Source: Macrostomum lignano (Eukaryota). From it: a stretch of DNA of 64,000 bases. The stretch is taken from the NCBI GenBank assembly GCA_002269645.1, contig NIVC01002423.1:1-64000 (forward strand), read 5' to 3'. Below the pieces are notes generated by a model that was not told the DNA's origin, searched no databases, and saw only the letters and a list, made by a program, of their open reading frames with translations. Position numbers and translations under genes: made by a program. Numbering within the stretch: the stretch's first letter is position 1; each line of letters begins with the position of its first letter. Positions 60,622 through 64,000 of the stretch are shown one piece after another.

Positions 60622-63382
60622 TTCTGTCTATGGCACATACTACTGTTCCCTTTCTTTACCCAAAGAGTAGTTTAAGCGCAAATGCTTTTTTATTCTAATA
60701 GTATAGTGTAAATAGAAACTAATGAGCATTCTGTGAAATTTCTGTGCTCATGTCTAATAATTTAGGCACCGTTTTCTTAGCTAGTTTATTCGACAATGTA
60801 ATGTTTTAAAGTAGCTTTATTTTTTCACCATTTTGACCTTAATTTGTTTAATCTCCACTTTTAATTAATGGATACTGCGATAGTTTAAAACATCGAAATG
60901 TTTGTAGTTTCAGGTTCAATAGGTGTTGTTTGAAACTTTTACAAAAGGATTTCAGATTTGTTATAACTATATTTATGTTTCTATTATGACAAGAGAACGT
61001 TTTATTATAAATGCCTTGGAAAGTATACGGACCATTTAAAGCTTTTTACTTTCTTGAATTTTTTAATTATTTATTCAATATTAGCTGGCTTAAAATACTA
61101 TTTTCAACACAGCTGTGTTTCGCCATGTCTGCATGTAAAACCTGAGTTGTGCCTTTCACGCACTGGTTTCTTCAAACTTTAGTTATTTGTGTCTAGAATT
61201 TCCTTTTTTGATTGAAATATTGAGGACTTATTTTTTTCTCTGAATGACAAAAAACGATAGCAATACCCGTGATAGCCTACTTCTTTTCGCTTTTTCATAT
61301 TCAGTAGTTTGCTGGAAATTAAGACAGCTTTCGTTGTACGCATAACAAAAATTATTTTCTAATTTTCGATGACTTTCTGGTGTTTATATTCTAAAAATAG
61401 CTATTTCTACTTATTTTAAAAGTTGAAGAATGAAGCGCTCTTTTTCTTGAAAAAAGTTTGAAAGCTTGCTGGTTGTTTTAAATCTGCACATTAATACTTT
61501 TTTGAATTTTCACTGCACATATGTAAATCGTTTTTTGAGCATGAGACAATAATTGATTCATTTAAAATTCTAAGAAACAATAACTTTTCATCCTTTTACT
61601 TGTAGTAGTAATTTTACATATTGTTGACAGACAACTTGCTTTACTAGTATTTTGTCATGAATATTTATCTGCGCCATCGAGATGCAATTTCTTGATCAAT
61701 GGCACAGAGTCTATATCTATATATGGTATAAACGCATATATATAGGCTTGGCTATTTTATAAAACGTCTAAATATTATGCATCACTGAAAGCTGTGCTCA
61801 TATCGACTGAAAATTTGTATAAAAAAACTTTGTAAGTGCTCATGCTCAATAATGATTACTTTACTATTGAATGTCAAAATTTTCACGACATCTGTTTTGT
61901 TACTTTGCCAGTCATTTTATTCGCCTGTTAAACTTTGCATGCTACTATCCATAAATAAAATGGGGCAGTAGGTGACATGATTTTGCAAATAATTAATAAA
62001 GTACTCATATTTGCCTTTACTGAAAGCGTTAAATGTTTAATTGTAAATTTCATGTTTTAGCGTTCTAACAATGTTTGCGTATCTTCAACTATGCTATGGT
62101 ATACAACTATGATATGTACATGTAGATAGATACACCTAGAGTAGTAATAAGCAGCTACGTCGTATTCTGCGTACATCTATACATTTTTGCTCTATTGACG
62201 ATAGACTATAGCCCATATACGAGCAGCTACCGCTTGGGGGCTGCAGTGGAAATAATATTTTTAACGGTAAAATAAAGGATGGTTTAATTAAGTAGGACCC
62301 GAAACATTCCTCTTAAAAAACATTTTTAAGGACCAGCTTTGCGAACAAGACAATTCAGAGGAAAGAAAACTATTTTTCTACGGCACAAAAACTGTTACAT
62401 GCCTTTTTCGGAAGCAGATAGATAGTGATGGGTTTCGGCCTTTTCGGCATTAAAGCTTCAGGGCCTCAGGCCTCAGAAATGAATCAATTAGAGTCCTGAC
62501 CTCTCCACTCCTGTCAGATGGTCAGCCCCAAGGTAGCTTGATCTGTGGCGAGCAGTCTAGGTCCTATAGCTAAGAGAGGGACAGCGAGAGACAAGCAGGG
62601 AGAATTTTAAAGGTAGAGATTGGCTAATCCACAGATAACTGACCCGCCGCCATGCACCAGCCCGTGCACCGGCTCACCAAACCGGAGCTTTCGAAATCGG
62701 GCTTCCGACTAGAAAGGGGGCTTTGCACTTACTTGCCAACTAGTGCCTTTTTGTCGTCATTCTCGAAGTCATAGCCGATGATAATTGGGACACTGCTGGG
62801 ATTCGATCGTATTGGCCATGCGGGGACAGAGGGGACTTGTGCAGAGGGTTCTTACGCTGGCGAGACTAGCTACATGTACTATTAATTTGCTAAATAAGAA
62901 AGATATTGTACAATTCTAGCCTGCAACTTGCTAACCAGCCTTCTTGTAGCACTGATGATAGACTACATGTAACCTGAAATTTTAGAGATCGCATAGTGAT
63001 TTACTACCCGAGCCGGCCCGCTTGGCAGATCTTTGTCCGTGACAATTTTACACGAATACGCTCGTAAGGTGATTTTTAAAAGTGAAGAAGGAATGGGTTC
63101 TTAAGAAAATCTGCTTTTTTAATTGTTTTCCATTTACTGTTTTTGCTCCTTTCTTATTGGGCGCCCCGAAGGGTGGCCGCACTAGATTGCTAGTCAGACT
63201 ACTATCAGTATATTATTGAATGATTTCTGCCTCAAATATACATGTATGTACAGCACTGCTAAGCAAACTGAACAAAAAGTATGCGCCTAATCCTGCAGCT
63301 ACTGAAAGAGAGCTATATCGAGGGGACAGATTAGTGGGTAGTGGGTTAGCATCAGAATCCTGCCGAACCCTGCCGAGATAGG

Positions 63383-63652
63383 AGGGCAGAGTGGCGATGG
63401 GCGGGGTGGAGGTGAGGCCGGCGCAAGGAGTTGGGGTGGGTAGGCAGAGTGGCGATGGGCGGGGTGGAGGTGAGGCCGGCGCAAGGAGTTGGGGTGGGTA
63501 GGCAGAGTGGCGATGGGCGGGGTGGAGATGAGGCCGGCGCAAGGAGTTGGGGTGGGTGGGCAGAGTGGCGATGGGCGGGGTGGAGATGAGGTCGGCGCAA
63601 GGAGTTGGGGTGGGTGGGCAGAGTGGCGATGGGCGGGGTGGAGGTGAGGCCA
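63383..63652 (+). repeat. G-rich 58-bp tandem repeat (about 4.6 copies)
   Basis: ggcagagtggcgatgggcggggtggaggtgaggccggcgcaaggagttggggtgggt repeated; explains the Pro-rich minus-strand ORFs. Confidence 0.93.
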
Positions 63653-64000
63653 AGGGCGACTTAAGTAACTGAAACTTAACTGAAACGGATATTTTGTCAA
63701 CTAAATCATGTTTTCTTGCTTGACTATAAAATACACTGCCTTGAATAAATTTGCGGTACAGGGAGATTCGAAGATGTGAGCTTCACACTCATAACAGGAC
63801 CCTTAGAGGCCAGTGTGTTCGAAAGTCTTTCTGTCTTGTGAGCAGAAGATAGCAGGAATAAAAACTGTTATACTTGCGGCGAATTTTCGGCTTGCCACTC
63901 GCGGGCCGCTATCCGATTGTGTGACACCCCGACATTAGGCCCGACAGCGGCCCTTGGGTGGCAGCCGCTAGCATTTTTCCAGTGGGATATAGGCTACCCA

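Overview
Eukaryotic (animal) genomic DNA: GT-AG introns, abundant micro/minisatellites and several transposon classes. The composition suggests a repeat-rich invertebrate such as a free-living flatworm; this is an inference only. Three blocks. (1) 1-13 kb is a transposon nest. It holds an uninterrupted 926-aa CACTA/EnSpm-type (CMC) transposase and an upstream companion gene whose two listed ORFs (295 aa and 400 aa) are joined in frame by an 85-bp GT-AG intron (about 671 aa). Also here: a dispersed palindrome (up to 20 bp), a mariner relic, a 60-bp higher-order tandem array, a MITE with a perfect 8-bp TSD, and a broken Ty3/Gypsy gag-pol. (2) 13-32 kb (minus strand) is a tandemly duplicated module. 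An intronless TKL-like kinase with a DFD motif is followed by a shared spacer and a gene for a secreted protein (signal peptide + PAN/apple + ALK/LTK-type glycine-rich domain, no TM, no kinase). One secreted-protein copy is intact (5 exons, 402 aa), one is truncated and one is a pseudogene; one kinase copy is intact and one is broken by a LINE. (3) 37.7-59.5 kb (plus strand) is a complete FHOD/Fhos-family formin. It has alternative N-termini, an acidic putative cassette exon carrying three DAD-like motifs, and a different tandem repeat in most introns. No CRISPR, rRNA or convincing tRNA gene. All exon models and alignments were read by eye and none were confirmed by database search.
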